Below are positions 38,558 to 48,564 of a stretch of DNA of 51,422 nt, piece after piece (the first letter of the stretch is position 1; the number at the start of each line of letters is the position of its first letter). The position numbers were made by a program, and so were the translations under genes. The DNA lies in contig JANOAV010000030.1 of assembly GCA_031411295.1 (NCBI GenBank), forward strand, positions 1-51,422. Reading direction: 5' to 3'. The notes beneath the pieces were generated by a model. The model ran no database searches and was not told the origin of the DNA. It was given only the letters and a program-made list of their open reading frames with translations. The stretch is from Verrucomicrobiales bacterium. GTDB taxonomy: Bacteria > Verrucomicrobiota > Verrucomicrobiia > Verrucomicrobiales > V1-33.

Positions 38558-39135
38558 AGTTTGGCAGCTTGGTGCAATTGGTCGCTCAGCCACTCATTCA
38601 TGGTGGCATCAATCACGAGGTGGACTCGGTCCGTGGTGCCCCGGTTGCTCACCGCATGGGGATCAGCGAGGCGGAGATACCAGCAGGAGCCTGGCGACAT
38701 CGCTACGTGGGTGCCGTTGAGGAGAAACGTTACCTCAGGATTGGTCGTAATGGGGATATGCATGCGGACCTGCCCCAACTCAGCACTGAGATCATGGTCG
38801 CGATGTTCCTTAATATCGGAGCCTGGGGTAAGCCGCATTAAGCGAACGCTTTGCAGCGGGCACTGGAAGGATGCCATGACGGTTTTTAAATAAGGCGCCT
38901 GCTCTAAAAAGGGCGTATCCGCGAACTCCGTGCAGCCTGGGTCGGAGTAGATCATCATGACTGGATGGGTCGCTCCCGCAGTGCCTCGCAGCGGAAGCAC
39001 ATCCCAGGTCCCGCTATAGTTCTCCTGCACAAAGTGATTGACCCACGATTGTTGCTCCAGCGTCTGGAGGTCCTGCAGTAGGGAGGCGTGATCAAAGTGG
39101 ATTGGTAATTGCAGGCGATCGGGCAAGGTGTTCAT
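38554..39135 (-). CDS. Aspartyl/asparaginyl beta-hydroxylase domain protein (Fe(II)/2OG oxygenase)
   Basis: VRLMRLTPGSDIKEHRD (HxD), RMHIPITTN, and PHAVSN...RVHLVID (distal His, Arg). Confidence 0.9.
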   Translation of the reverse strand: MNTLPDRLQLPIHFDHASLLQDLQTLEQQSWVNHFVQENYSGTWDVLPLRGTAGATHPVMMIYSDPGCTEFADTPFLEQAPYLKTVMASFQCPLQSVRLMRLTPGSDIKEHRDHDLSAELGQVRMHIPITTNPEVTFLLNGTHVAMSPGSCWYLRLADPHAVSNRGTTDRVHLVIDATMNEWLSDQLHQAAKL

Positions 39136-39339
39136 GAGATTCGCTTAATGGATGTGCCCTATTTGCCGAACTTCTGCAACAAATTTGATGCATGAACGTG
39201 TGAGGCGCAGGACTGAGCAAGCTTTCCGAAATCTAATAACATGTTATAGAGAGGAATTTATGCTATTAATCAAATAAAATTAACTCGGAGTCACTTTTAC
39301 ACTGGAATTTTGCCGAATGAATGGTATTTCATACGGCCT

Positions 39340-39696
39340 ATGTCAAAGCCATCTGCATCACTGCGAAATCGTCGCCATTTTTTATCGGGGAGCCTGTTGG
39401 CGTTTGGTGCCATTGTGGTGCATCCCACTGCTGGTGCGGCAGAACTGGGGCCCCATTGGATGACCCGCTTGGAGGATACACTCCAAACCTACTGCACGTC
39501 TATGCAACGGAAGTTGTCCGCCTCTGGAGCTATGGAGTTTCATTGCTCGATGAGTGATCCCGTGGCGTTCGGAACGAGCCATGGAAACTTCGCTGGGCTT
39601 GGCTTGCGCATTATGGCGCAAGGCAACAAGCTCACCCTTCGGAAGGACGGGCACTCGGTTAGTGTGTTCATTAACCCAATGGTTGCCGGCCTATGA
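39340..39696 (+). CDS. Small Tat-signal hypothetical protein
   Basis: NRRHFL twin-arginine motif, hydrophobic stretch and AGA cleavage-like site. ATGA overlap with the next gene. Confidence 0.65.
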   Translation: MSKPSASLRNRRHFLSGSLLAFGAIVVHPTAGAAELGPHWMTRLEDTLQTYCTSMQRKLSASGAMEFHCSMSDPVAFGTSHGNFAGLGLRIMAQGNKLTLRKDGHSVSVFINPMVAGL

Positions 39697-40481
39697 GTTT
39701 AGATCTCGCCAGTCCCATTATCATCGTTTCCCCAGCCTTGCGGGCGGGAACCACATTGGTGCAGCGCTTGCTCTGCTCTACTGCCAATACCTTGGTCTAT
39801 GGGGATGCGGTGGGTCAGGAAATGGAGTTTTTTGCGAAGTATGCGGCCGTGAAGGCTCAGGTGTTACCATTTCATGATGCCACCAGCATGGGGCTCAAGG
39901 CGGCTGTGCTGGCCGGGGATACAACAGATTTTATTGCGCAGCTTTCAGTCTCAGCGGAGCAGCACCTGGAAGGGTTGCGCGCTGCGGCTTTCGCTTGGCT
40001 CCAGGTGTGTGCGGATGAGGCCGTGGCAGCGGGAAGACCCGTGTGGGGATGGAAAACGGCCGGGACAGATCCTGCGGCATTATCGATGCTGGCGCAGTGG
40101 TTCCCCCAGGCCCGGTGGATCTGGGTGCAACGGGATGTGGCGGACTGTTATCGTTCTGCCAAGGCCGCGGGCATGGTTCTGGGGGCGGCAGATGCGACAC
40201 GATTTGTGCAGCAGGCGAAGGCTGCGGTGGCGGCGTTTGCGCCTCTGGCGTCGCACGCGTTGCGGTTGGACTATTTGCCCATGCTGGCAGATCCAGCGGG
40301 CACGGTGCAACGATTGGAAGCGTGGACGGGTGCCGTGGGCATCGATCCCAACGTCTTTTCCGTCCGGGTAAACGAACCGGGTCAAGCTGTCTGCACCCCA
40401 CCAGCGAATTTAGATGCGGAGGAAACAGCGGTATTTGCCGAGGCCGCAGGTTCGACCATTCTACCAAATTTAGCAGCATGA
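39693..40481 (+). CDS. Sulfotransferase family protein
   Basis: PALRAGTTLVQRLL, WGWK, and FPQARWIWVQRDVADCYRS motifs. Confidence 0.82.
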   Translation: MSLDLASPIIIVSPALRAGTTLVQRLLCSTANTLVYGDAVGQEMEFFAKYAAVKAQVLPFHDATSMGLKAAVLAGDTTDFIAQLSVSAEQHLEGLRAAAFAWLQVCADEAVAAGRPVWGWKTAGTDPAALSMLAQWFPQARWIWVQRDVADCYRSAKAAGMVLGAADATRFVQQAKAAVAAFAPLASHALRLDYLPMLADPAGTVQRLEAWTGAVGIDPNVFSVRVNEPGQAVCTPPANLDAEETAVFAEAAGSTILPNLAA

Positions 40482-40954
40482 AAGACGAACTGATTGCAAC
40501 ATCCATGAAATTCCTCACGCAGATCGGCGTGCCGGTTCGCTTGGGGACCTTTCCAGAGGATGCCTTCCTGCCGGGTCTGAACATTGTGGATGGAACATTG
40601 TGCATCGATCCGGAGCGGTTGCTTTATCCTGGGGATATCCTGCATGAGGCGGCCCATATCGCGCTGACCCCACCATCCCGGCGTGGTTCCTTGGGTGGAA
40701 AATTGCAGATCACGCCAGCGGAAGAAATGGCTGCCTTGGCTTGGTCTTATGCGGCTGCAGTGAGTATCGGAATGGACCCGCTCATCGTATTCCACGAGCA
40801 CGGCTATAAGAATGGTGGGGCACAGTTGGCGGAGCAGTATGCTTCGGGCTTACCCCCTGGTGGCCCCGGGGTGCCCATGCTGCAATGGTGGGGGATGACT
40901 ACTGCCTATCCACATATTAACGTCTGGCTGCGGGAAACCGAAGACCCCTCTTAA
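40478..40954 (+). CDS. Conserved HExxH-motif protein (zincin-like metalloprotein)
   Basis: MKDELI... start with ATGA overlap. FLPGL, YPGDILHEAAH, EEMAALAWSYAA, VFH..GY, GVPMLQWWGM, WLRE. Confidence 0.8.
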   Translation: MKDELIATSMKFLTQIGVPVRLGTFPEDAFLPGLNIVDGTLCIDPERLLYPGDILHEAAHIALTPPSRRGSLGGKLQITPAEEMAALAWSYAAAVSIGMDPLIVFHEHGYKNGGAQLAEQYASGLPPGGPGVPMLQWWGMTTAYPHINVWLRETEDPS

Positions 40955-41109
40955 AAACCCCTGAAAAATTTTATTTTCACTTTCTTTGTAACGAAATCCC
41001 AAAAATTGCGAAATAACCATCAAGCATCACCTGAGATACCTGGCTGATCAAGTCAATTGCCAAAAACTTCACTTCACCTAAATCAAAAACCACTAACTAT
41101 TAAATCACT

Positions 41110-41661
41110 ATGAGTAGTCCAATCATGAGTCAAATTATCGCTTTCGGCTGCAACTTTGCCCCCCGTGGCTGGGTCGCTTGCAACGGACAACTCCTTTCGA
41201 TCGCACAAAATACCGCCCTCTTCTCGCTCTTGGGCACCACGTATGGTGGAAACGGAACGACCACTTTCGGGATTCCAGATCTGCGGGGGCGCGCACCGCT
41301 TCATTTAGGCCAAAGTCCAGGCACGAGCAACTATACTCAAGGGCAAATGGGGGGCACGGAGACGACGACGATCCTGTCAAACAATATGCCCCAACACACC
41401 CACGCCATCACGGTTGTTGCCTCCCAACGCGCCAGTGCTGGGCCGGGAAATTCTGAAAATCCCGTAGGTAATATTCCTGCCAGTAGTGGCCAATCGGAGA
41501 ACTTCACGGCACCAGGATCGGTGGCCACCAACGCAGGCGGACTCAGTGTCTCGGCCACTGCGGCACCGGCCGGCGGGAGCACGCCGATTTCAATCGTGCA
41601 ACCTTACGTGGTCCTCAATTGGTGCATCGCCACGCAGGGAATTTACCCGTCACGAAACTAA
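41110..41661 (+). CDS. Phage tail-collar domain protein (microcystin-dependent protein MdpB-like)
   Basis: FGCNFAPRGWVACNGQLLSIAQNTALFSLLGTTYGGNGTTTFGIPDLRGR, PQHTH, and QPYVVLNWCIATQGIYPSRN. Confidence 0.93.
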   Translation: MSSPIMSQIIAFGCNFAPRGWVACNGQLLSIAQNTALFSLLGTTYGGNGTTTFGIPDLRGRAPLHLGQSPGTSNYTQGQMGGTETTTILSNNMPQHTHAITVVASQRASAGPGNSENPVGNIPASSGQSENFTAPGSVATNAGGLSVSATAAPAGGSTPISIVQPYVVLNWCIATQGIYPSRN

Positions 41662-41768
41662 TCTCTCTTTCATTTTTGCTGATCTCAAGCGCGGGCCGCG
41701 ACTGCTGCTCGTAGCCCGCGCTCCAGCGTCCTTCATCCTTATTTCCGTCTCTAACTGTTCACTACCTC

Positions 41769-44696
41769 ATGAAGTCACCCCAATTTTATTTAACCGCACT
41801 GCTCTCGCTGGCGGCTGCTAATTCGTTATGGGCGGTGCCCACCCAGATCGCTCAGGAGTCATTTGAGGGCACTGGCGGGTCCATTGGCTTCACCACATCG
41901 GTGCCGCAATTTATTGAGTTAGCCACCAGCCCCTTCACGGATTATTTCTCTATCATCCCGAATAATGGCACCAAGGTCGGTGCGGGCCGCACGCTGCCAG
42001 GTGCAGACGGAGCCAACATTTTTGGAGCAGAGGATTGTGATACGTCGCGCACGACACCTGCCGTGCAGGGACCGCAGGAAGTAACGCTCACCACCAATTC
42101 CGTCAGCATTGCGGGGAAGATTAATACCCAAGTGCGCCTCCTGATGGCTGCCCCGGGAAGACAGGATACTGCGGGAGGATCTGTGGATCTCAACCAGTAT
42201 GAAAACTTCAGCAATGCACCGCTCTTCATTAACAAACTGAAAGTGGAAGCCAGCATCGATGGAGGCGCCTTCCAGCGCATCGTGCAGTTTTCTCCTAACG
42301 TCACCCAGATTTCCACGCAACTCACCTTCGATGCCGATGGCAACAATGTAGGTGGGGACGCGAATCCCATTCCCACGAATCCCACCACACTAGATGACAC
42401 GCTGCGGGAAGGCATCTACTCCATCCCCACGGGCAACACCGTGCAGATCCGCGTCACGTTAGAAAGCGATGCCACAGGCGAACTCATCTGCTTCGACAAC
42501 ATCCGTATCTTTGGCGAAAGCACGGCCACGAATCCTCCGGTGCTCGCTGGTGTGCCTGGAGCCAACCTGACTTTTACTGAAGGAAGCAGCGCCACTGCCA
42601 TCGCCCCGGCCATCACGGTGGCGGATTCAGATAGCGCCAATCTAACTTCCGCCTCAGTCGTCATTTCGACAGGTTTAACCTCGGCTGAAGACGTGTTGGC
42701 GGCCACTCCCTCCGGTGCTTTGCTGCCGGGAAATATTGTTTACACCGCAGGCACGGGAACCTTGGCCATCACAGGTGCCGCCTCCCTGGCAGACTACCAG
42801 GCGGTGCTTCGCAGTGTGACGTATCGCAATACGAACAACCTGAATCCTACCACGAATGTGCGTCGGGTAACTTTCTTGGCGAATGATGGAACTAACCCCA
42901 GTAACTCCCCGATTCGCGATATCAATGTCATCGATAACATCGTCACCCAATCGATCCCCTTTGTGGAAAGCTGGGAAACGGACGGCCGCGGCACACGCTA
43001 TTCCGTGGATGGCGGGTTCTCGCTACCACCATCCATGTTCGCCCGCGTGCAGCCAGGGGCGGTCGGTGGGCTGGATGGCACCTTTGCTTTCGGGGTGGAA
43101 AATGTGGATGATAACTCCGACTTCACAGAGTTGGTGACGTTTAATCTGAATTCCGCTGGCTTGGTGGGCCTAACCGGTGAACTGCGGGTGGCTGCCGGCG
43201 GTGGTGCGGTTTACGATAACAATGCCACGGTGCCAGACTTCCTCCAAGTGGAAGTGAGTGCGGACGGTGGCGCCTTTACGAAAGTGCTGGCATTCTATCC
43301 GGATGCCGCAGCGCAAGGCAACATGCGCCAAGACACCACCCCCAATGATGCCACCAACTTGGGTGATGGAACGCTGCTCACCGCAGCGCTGCAAACGTTC
43401 ACCTTCAATCTCCCAACGGCCAACGTTTTAACCGTCCGCATCCGGGCCTTCACCAACATCGTGGGTGAGAACATTCTGTTTGATCGCTTGGCGGTGCAAG
43501 GCACGCCCCTTACCTTCGCGATTGATAGTGTCAGCGGAGGTGAAACTGGTTCCCGCACGTTTACCGTCACGCGCAGCAGTGCTTCCGGGGCTGATACGGT
43601 AAATTACGCCACCGCCACTGGCACAGCTGGTGCGGCGGACTTTACGGCAGCATCCGGCACCGTTTCCTTTGCAGATGGTGAAACGACCAAGCCCATCGCC
43701 ATCACCATCACGCCGGACAACATCGTGGAGTTGGACGAAACCTTTACCGTCGCGCTCAGCAGTCCTAGTCGTGGAACCATCACTGGCGGACCGGGCACGG
43801 GCACCATCGTTAATGATGACTCTGCGGTGCTCTCCATGACTGGTGGCAGCGTCCTGGAAGGTGATTCCGGCACCGCTACGATCACGTTTAATGTGGCGCT
43901 GACGAATCCAGTGGATGTCGCAGTGGGCTTCGTGCGCAATACCCAGGACGGAACCGCCACGACGGCCAATTCCGACTATGTGGCCGTTGTCAACGGTGCC
44001 GGCTCAATCGCGGCTGGAAATACCACCGGAAATTTCACCGTCACGGTCAACGGAGACAACACCCCCGAGGCTAACGAAACTTTCCAGGTGGTGCTTTCCA
44101 GCCTAGCGGCTGCCGGACGCAATGTGACCTTTACGGCCGCTGCCGCTACGATCTCCGCCGCTGGCACCATCACCGATGATGATCCAGTCATCGTTGCTGG
44201 CGCGGGCAGTCTCAGCATGGGGGTGGGAGCTTCGGGCAAATTCACCACCGCCAGTTTGCTGGCCCTCGCCACCGGAGGCGAAGGTCGCGCGCTCTCGCTT
44301 GTTAGCGTGCAGGCGACCACCACCGCTGGTGGCGGCACCGTCAGCATTGCGGGCGGATGGGTGACCTATCAACCAGCGGCCAACTTCAACGGAGCCGACA
44401 GTTTCACCTACACCATTACCGATGGCTTCCAGACCGTGACCGGCACCGTCAACGTGATCGTCTCCAACGGCATTGGGCAGACTGTGAACATCCTTGGCAT
44501 CACCCCGCAGGGAGCAGGTAACCAGCTCGTAGCGTTGGGCATTCCTGGCCGGACCTATCGCTGGCAGACGTCCTCGAATCTCACGACCTGGACCAACCTC
44601 GGCAGTGCGCTGGTGTGTCCCGCATCGGGAGTCATTACGCAAACTGATCCCGGCCCGCTGCCGCCAACCAGATTTTATCGCATGGTGCAGCCATAA
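41769..44696 (+). CDS. Large secreted surface protein with Calx-beta and Ig/cadherin-like domains
   Basis: Signal peptide; two ESFE/ESWE-initiated beta domains; FTEG...DSDSANL domain; two Calx-beta repeats (D..VELDETF.V.LS, GD.TPEANETF.V.LS); F.G.DSFTYTITDG; C-terminal G.PG.TY..Q.S.NL..W...FYR domain. Confidence 0.88.
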   Translation: MKSPQFYLTALLSLAAANSLWAVPTQIAQESFEGTGGSIGFTTSVPQFIELATSPFTDYFSIIPNNGTKVGAGRTLPGADGANIFGAEDCDTSRTTPAVQGPQEVTLTTNSVSIAGKINTQVRLLMAAPGRQDTAGGSVDLNQYENFSNAPLFINKLKVEASIDGGAFQRIVQFSPNVTQISTQLTFDADGNNVGGDANPIPTNPTTLDDTLREGIYSIPTGNTVQIRVTLESDATGELICFDNIRIFGESTATNPPVLAGVPGANLTFTEGSSATAIAPAITVADSDSANLTSASVVISTGLTSAEDVLAATPSGALLPGNIVYTAGTGTLAITGAASLADYQAVLRSVTYRNTNNLNPTTNVRRVTFLANDGTNPSNSPIRDINVIDNIVTQSIPFVESWETDGRGTRYSVDGGFSLPPSMFARVQPGAVGGLDGTFAFGVENVDDNSDFTELVTFNLNSAGLVGLTGELRVAAGGGAVYDNNATVPDFLQVEVSADGGAFTKVLAFYPDAAAQGNMRQDTTPNDATNLGDGTLLTAALQTFTFNLPTANVLTVRIRAFTNIVGENILFDRLAVQGTPLTFAIDSVSGGETGSRTFTVTRSSASGADTVNYATATGTAGAADFTAASGTVSFADGETTKPIAITITPDNIVELDETFTVALSSPSRGTITGGPGTGTIVNDDSAVLSMTGGSVLEGDSGTATITFNVALTNPVDVAVGFVRNTQDGTATTANSDYVAVVNGAGSIAAGNTTGNFTVTVNGDNTPEANETFQVVLSSLAAAGRNVTFTAAAATISAAGTITDDDPVIVAGAGSLSMGVGASGKFTTASLLALATGGEGRALSLVSVQATTTAGGGTVSIAGGWVTYQPAANFNGADSFTYTITDGFQTVTGTVNVIVSNGIGQTVNILGITPQGAGNQLVALGIPGRTYRWQTSSNLTTWTNLGSALVCPASGVITQTDPGPLPPTRFYRMVQP

Positions 44697-44720
44697 TCCG
44701 AACATTCAAAATTCCACTTA

Positions 44721-45413
44721 ATGCAAACCATGAGAACTCTTCTTTTTCCAGCCCTGCTGCTCACCGCCACCATGACCCCGTCCGCCCTGGCGGCCGTCTT
44801 TTCCGCCGCCGATAACGTCGTGAGCGCCATCCCAGATGGCAGCAGTGCCGGCTTGGCTCGTAGCCTGAACATCACGGCACCAGCCGAGCAATACGTCGTC
44901 AGCTTGGACGTAAGTTTAAACCTCAGCGCCACCAGCGGCGGCACCGCCTATCTCGGGGATCTCTACATTTACCTGACGAACGGCTCGAGTATCTCTGTGC
45001 TAACCAATCGCGCTGGCGCCCGCGCGGGCACCGCTTTTGGGTATGACGATAATCAGTCGATGAACGTCACCTTCTCCTCTGGGGCAGTGGCGGATTTTCA
45101 CAGCTATCGACTCACCACCACAGGGTCGAATACCACCGCTCTATCTAGCCCCCTCACTGGCGTCTGGGGCGCAGATGGCCGGGTCACGGATCCCGCATCC
45201 GTGCTGGATACCGATCCCCGCACCGCCCAACTCAATATCTTCAACGGAGCCACCGCCAATGGCACGTGGAGCCTCTTTGCAGCGGATGTCTCCACCGGTG
45301 CCACGCATCAGATTAACTCTTGGGGGCTAAGCCTAACTACAGTTCCTGAGCCGGGCACCACAGCGATTCTTCTCGCGGCCTTCGGCGGAACACTCCTGCG
45401 TCGTCGTCGTTAG
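44721..45413 (+). CDS. PEP-CTERM protein with a proprotein convertase P-like domain
   Basis: Signal peptide, AIPD, GDLYIYLT, and ANGTWSLF..D..G.....W.L motifs. C-terminal VPEP, TM and RRRR. Confidence 0.92.
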   Translation: MQTMRTLLFPALLLTATMTPSALAAVFSAADNVVSAIPDGSSAGLARSLNITAPAEQYVVSLDVSLNLSATSGGTAYLGDLYIYLTNGSSISVLTNRAGARAGTAFGYDDNQSMNVTFSSGAVADFHSYRLTTTGSNTTALSSPLTGVWGADGRVTDPASVLDTDPRTAQLNIFNGATANGTWSLFAADVSTGATHQINSWGLSLTTVPEPGTTAILLAAFGGTLLRRRR

Positions 45414-45463
45414 ATCTTCCTCTGTCAGTATAAAAAACCAACCAACCCAATCCATACCCGCAA

Positions 45464-46600
45464 ATGAAAATTCGTTCTCTGGCGCTCTCCATGCTCACGC
45501 TCGCGGCTGGCCCACTTTCGCTGATTGCGGCAACGCAGTCGGTGCTCGTTTCAGGATTAACCAATCCTGCTCGGCTCATCGTTTCCACCGGAGGAAACTT
45601 GCTGGTGACCGAAGCTGGTGATGGCCCACTCAACACCGCCTTGCTGAGCCGGGTCTCCCAAACGGGCACGCATGTCGTGTTGCTCTCTGGTCTGCCAACG
45701 GCCCCGGCTCCGGATAATGTTACGGGCCCCTGGCAAATTGCGCAGAAGGATGCCAAGACGCTCTGCATCAGCATTGGCACAGGTGACACCACTGTGCTGG
45801 ATGGGCAGGGAGCGGAGGTTCCCAATCCTTCTGGTCCTTCCAGTCCGCTTTTCAGTTCCATTTTGCAGGTCAGATTCTCCCGCTCGGTTGATCAATCCGC
45901 AGGTGGCTTTGCGCTGACTTACGCGGACCACAAAACGCTTTCGAATGGTTACGATGTAACCCTGCGGAACGCGGCAAATGAAACGGCCACGTTCTCCGTG
46001 CTGAACGACTTCCGGGACATTATTCGCGACGACAGTGGTGCCGCCCGTCGCTCCAATCCCTTTGGCCTCGCCTTGGGTTCCAACACCATTTACACCGCAG
46101 ATGCTTCACGCAATGATCTTCAGGCCGTGGATCTCCAAACCGGCCGCGCCCGGCAAATCGTCCAGTTTGCTCCCGTGGCGAATCCATTGCCCTTTGGTCC
46201 AACCACGCTCGAACCCGTTCCCACGGGCGTTGCGGCTTACCGCGGCTCACTCTTGGTTTCCTTGGAAACTGGTTTTCCCTTCCCCGCAGGAGCGTCTTCC
46301 ATTCAGCGCGTGGACCCCACCACTGGTAGTGTTACGCCTTTTATCAGCGGACTAACGGAAGCCATCGACGTCATCGTCAGCCCCGCCACTGGCCAAGAAA
46401 AGTTCTACGTCATCGAACTCAGCACCGATCTGCTCAATGGCGCGCCCGGCCGTTTGCTAAAGTTTGATTCACCCACGGCCACGCCCATCGTGCTATCCGA
46501 CAGCCTGATCTTTCCCTCCAGCGTGGCGCGTGATCCCAACACGGGAAATCTCTTCGTGACCCAATTCTTCACGGGTGAGATCGTGAAAATTGTGCCTTGA
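45464..46600 (+). CDS. ScyD/ScyE family beta-propeller protein
   Basis: Signal peptide; SGLTNP, VTEAG.G, SNPFGL, ADA..N.L, EPVPTGV and GFPF motifs. Confidence 0.8.
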   Translation: MKIRSLALSMLTLAAGPLSLIAATQSVLVSGLTNPARLIVSTGGNLLVTEAGDGPLNTALLSRVSQTGTHVVLLSGLPTAPAPDNVTGPWQIAQKDAKTLCISIGTGDTTVLDGQGAEVPNPSGPSSPLFSSILQVRFSRSVDQSAGGFALTYADHKTLSNGYDVTLRNAANETATFSVLNDFRDIIRDDSGAARRSNPFGLALGSNTIYTADASRNDLQAVDLQTGRARQIVQFAPVANPLPFGPTTLEPVPTGVAAYRGSLLVSLETGFPFPAGASSIQRVDPTTGSVTPFISGLTEAIDVIVSPATGQEKFYVIELSTDLLNGAPGRLLKFDSPTATPIVLSDSLIFPSSVARDPNTGNLFVTQFFTGEIVKIVP

Positions 46601-46639
46601 CCAGGCTCTGGCACCAGCCAGTCTTTGGTTTCACTAACT

Positions 46640-46676
46640 GCGAATCCCGCTCCGAAAGGTGCGGGATTCGTTTGTT
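46640..46676 (+). terminator. Intrinsic terminator
   Basis: GCGAATCCCGC-TCCGAAAGGT-GCGGGATTCG-TTTGTT. Confidence 0.7.
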
Positions 46677-46932
46677 GCTTCGGATGGCTTCACTCCGTCC
46701 GCCGAAGCGCGACGGCGGGCCAGGTTCAAATGAAAAGGAGCTGCCGAGGCCGATTCAACAATTGCATTTTAGCCTGGGCCACCCTTTTTTCATCGCGAGC
46801 CTGGGTTTGCATCCCCCACAAGCCATCCACGAAGAGTGGGTGGTTAGGCGAGCTTATGAAGGGGCATCACCAGTCAATGTATGTCACATTTTCCTTCGCT
46901 GCCGTCAGGAAACCAACGGAAACAGGTGCGGG

Positions 46933-47697
46933 CTAGATCCCGGCTGGCATCGTGGCCCCGCCGCAAACCAATGTGCCCAGACCAGGTTCACCTAAAAGCG
47001 CCTTGGTGATATTTCCGGGCTGGTTCATATCAAACACAATCACTCGCTTGTTATTCTCCATGCAAAGGCTGAAGGCGGCGGCATCCATCACCTTCAACTG
47101 GCGACTCAGGGCATCCGCGTAGTTGATTTGATCGAACCGCTTGGCGTCGGGAAACTTCACCGGATCCTTGTCGTAAATCCCATCCACTTTGGTGGCTTTG
47201 AAAATCACGTCCGCATTGATTTCGCTGGCCCGCAACGCAGCAGCGGAATCCGTGGAGAAATAAGGATTGCCGGTCCCAGCGGCAAAAATCACGACCCGAT
47301 TCAGTTCCAAATGACGCACCGCCACGCGTTTGACGAACGATTCGGCAATCGAGTTCATTTCGATGGCGCTCATAACCCGCGTGGGCACCTCAGCCGCCTC
47401 CAGCGCACTCTGTAGCGCCAACGAGTTCATGATCGTGGCCAGCATCCCCATGTGATCCGCCGTGGCCCGATCCATGCCTTTGTTCTGCGCCGTCAGGCCG
47501 CGCCAGAAATTTCCTCCGCCCACCACGATACCAATTTGCAGGCCGGTGGCATGTGCGGCCTTAATTTGTTGCGCCATGTCCTCCAAAATGGGGGGGCTTA
47601 AATTGTCCAAGCTCCCGTGCTCGCGCAGCGCTTCGCCACTAAGCTTGAGTAATACTCGATGATATGTTTTTCGTCCGTTCCCGTTATTGTCTGGCAT
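46933..47697 (-). CDS. pyrH: UMP kinase
   Basis: [58 protein letters not shown]. Confidence 0.97.
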   Translation of the reverse strand: MPDNNGNGRKTYHRVLLKLSGEALREHGSLDNLSPPILEDMAQQIKAAHATGLQIGIVVGGGNFWRGLTAQNKGMDRATADHMGMLATIMNSLALQSALEAAEVPTRVMSAIEMNSIAESFVKRVAVRHLELNRVVIFAAGTGNPYFSTDSAAALRASEINADVIFKATKVDGIYDKDPVKFPDAKRFDQINYADALSRQLKVMDAAAFSLCMENNKRVIVFDMNQPGNITKALLGEPGLGTLVCGGATMPAGI

Positions 47698-48301
47698 AAT
47701 GGGAAAAGTAGATGATGGGACAGGTTCGGCATTCCTTGCAAAGAAAAAGTGCAGAAAAATTCATTCTCTTCCAGAATAAATGTTCCCTGTGCCTCCAAGC
47801 ATACTCGAACGCCGAATTCCGAGGCGAAAACACTGCTGGACAATCTGGCACCGCAGTCTTGTGGAGGTCGGGATGAAGCACAGGGGCGGTTAAACAAAAC
47901 CGGTAAAAAAATGGTCCTGCGCGCCGACCTATGGGGGGGATGCGACACGCAGGACTTACCGATTCACTAATGCAATTGTCACTACCAATTACGATTACCA
48001 CTGTAGCTCAAGTATATCGTTTGTCAATACACTGGGATTACAATTGCGTCTTGTGTTTGTAATCGGTGGCAGGAAAAACTTGCGGCAGCTCTCTGCTAAA
48101 TCATTTCCTCGATGGGCTGAAAGCTGTGATCGTGCATTTTTGACGTTCTACTTGCATTCTGGCGAGGGCGATATAGTCTCTCTCCCTTCTATTTCCGGTC
48201 CAGGCCGGAAATTTGCTTCAGGAGATGTATTGAAATCGTTGATTATCAAGCATTTACCTTCTGTTTTCACCCACCTGCTCACCGCCTAGAAATTACCTGC
48301 C

Positions 48302-48544
48302 ATGAAAGACAAAATCCATCCCAATTACGTTGACACCACCATCAATTGCACCTGCGGCACAGTGTATCACACCCGTTCCACCAGCAAAGAACTGAGCGTG
48401 GGTATTTGCGCGGCCTGCCACCCTTATTTCACGGGCGAGCACAAACTAATCGACACTGCTGGTCGCGTTGACAAATTCAACAAGCGTTTCGGGGCCTCCA
48501 CACTCCGCCGCTCCGCTCCGAAGCTTGCCACCGCTGGCGCTTAG
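48302..48544 (+). CDS. rpmE: 50S ribosomal protein L31 (zinc-binding C+ type)
   Basis: MKDKIHPNY, CTCG, CAACHPYFTG, DTAGRVDKF. Confidence 0.97.
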   Translation: MKDKIHPNYVDTTINCTCGTVYHTRSTSKELSVGICAACHPYFTGEHKLIDTAGRVDKFNKRFGASTLRRSAPKLATAGA

Positions 48545-48564
48545 CTATCCAGCCCCCAGATTTG

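Noticed and set aside
40043..40477. N-terminal extension of the HExxH ORF given in the ORF track
   Set aside because: It overlaps the sulfotransferase in another frame; the ATGA junction at 40478 is the better start.
41110..41661. Prophage or tailocin
   Set aside because: No other virion, lysis or integration genes in the window.
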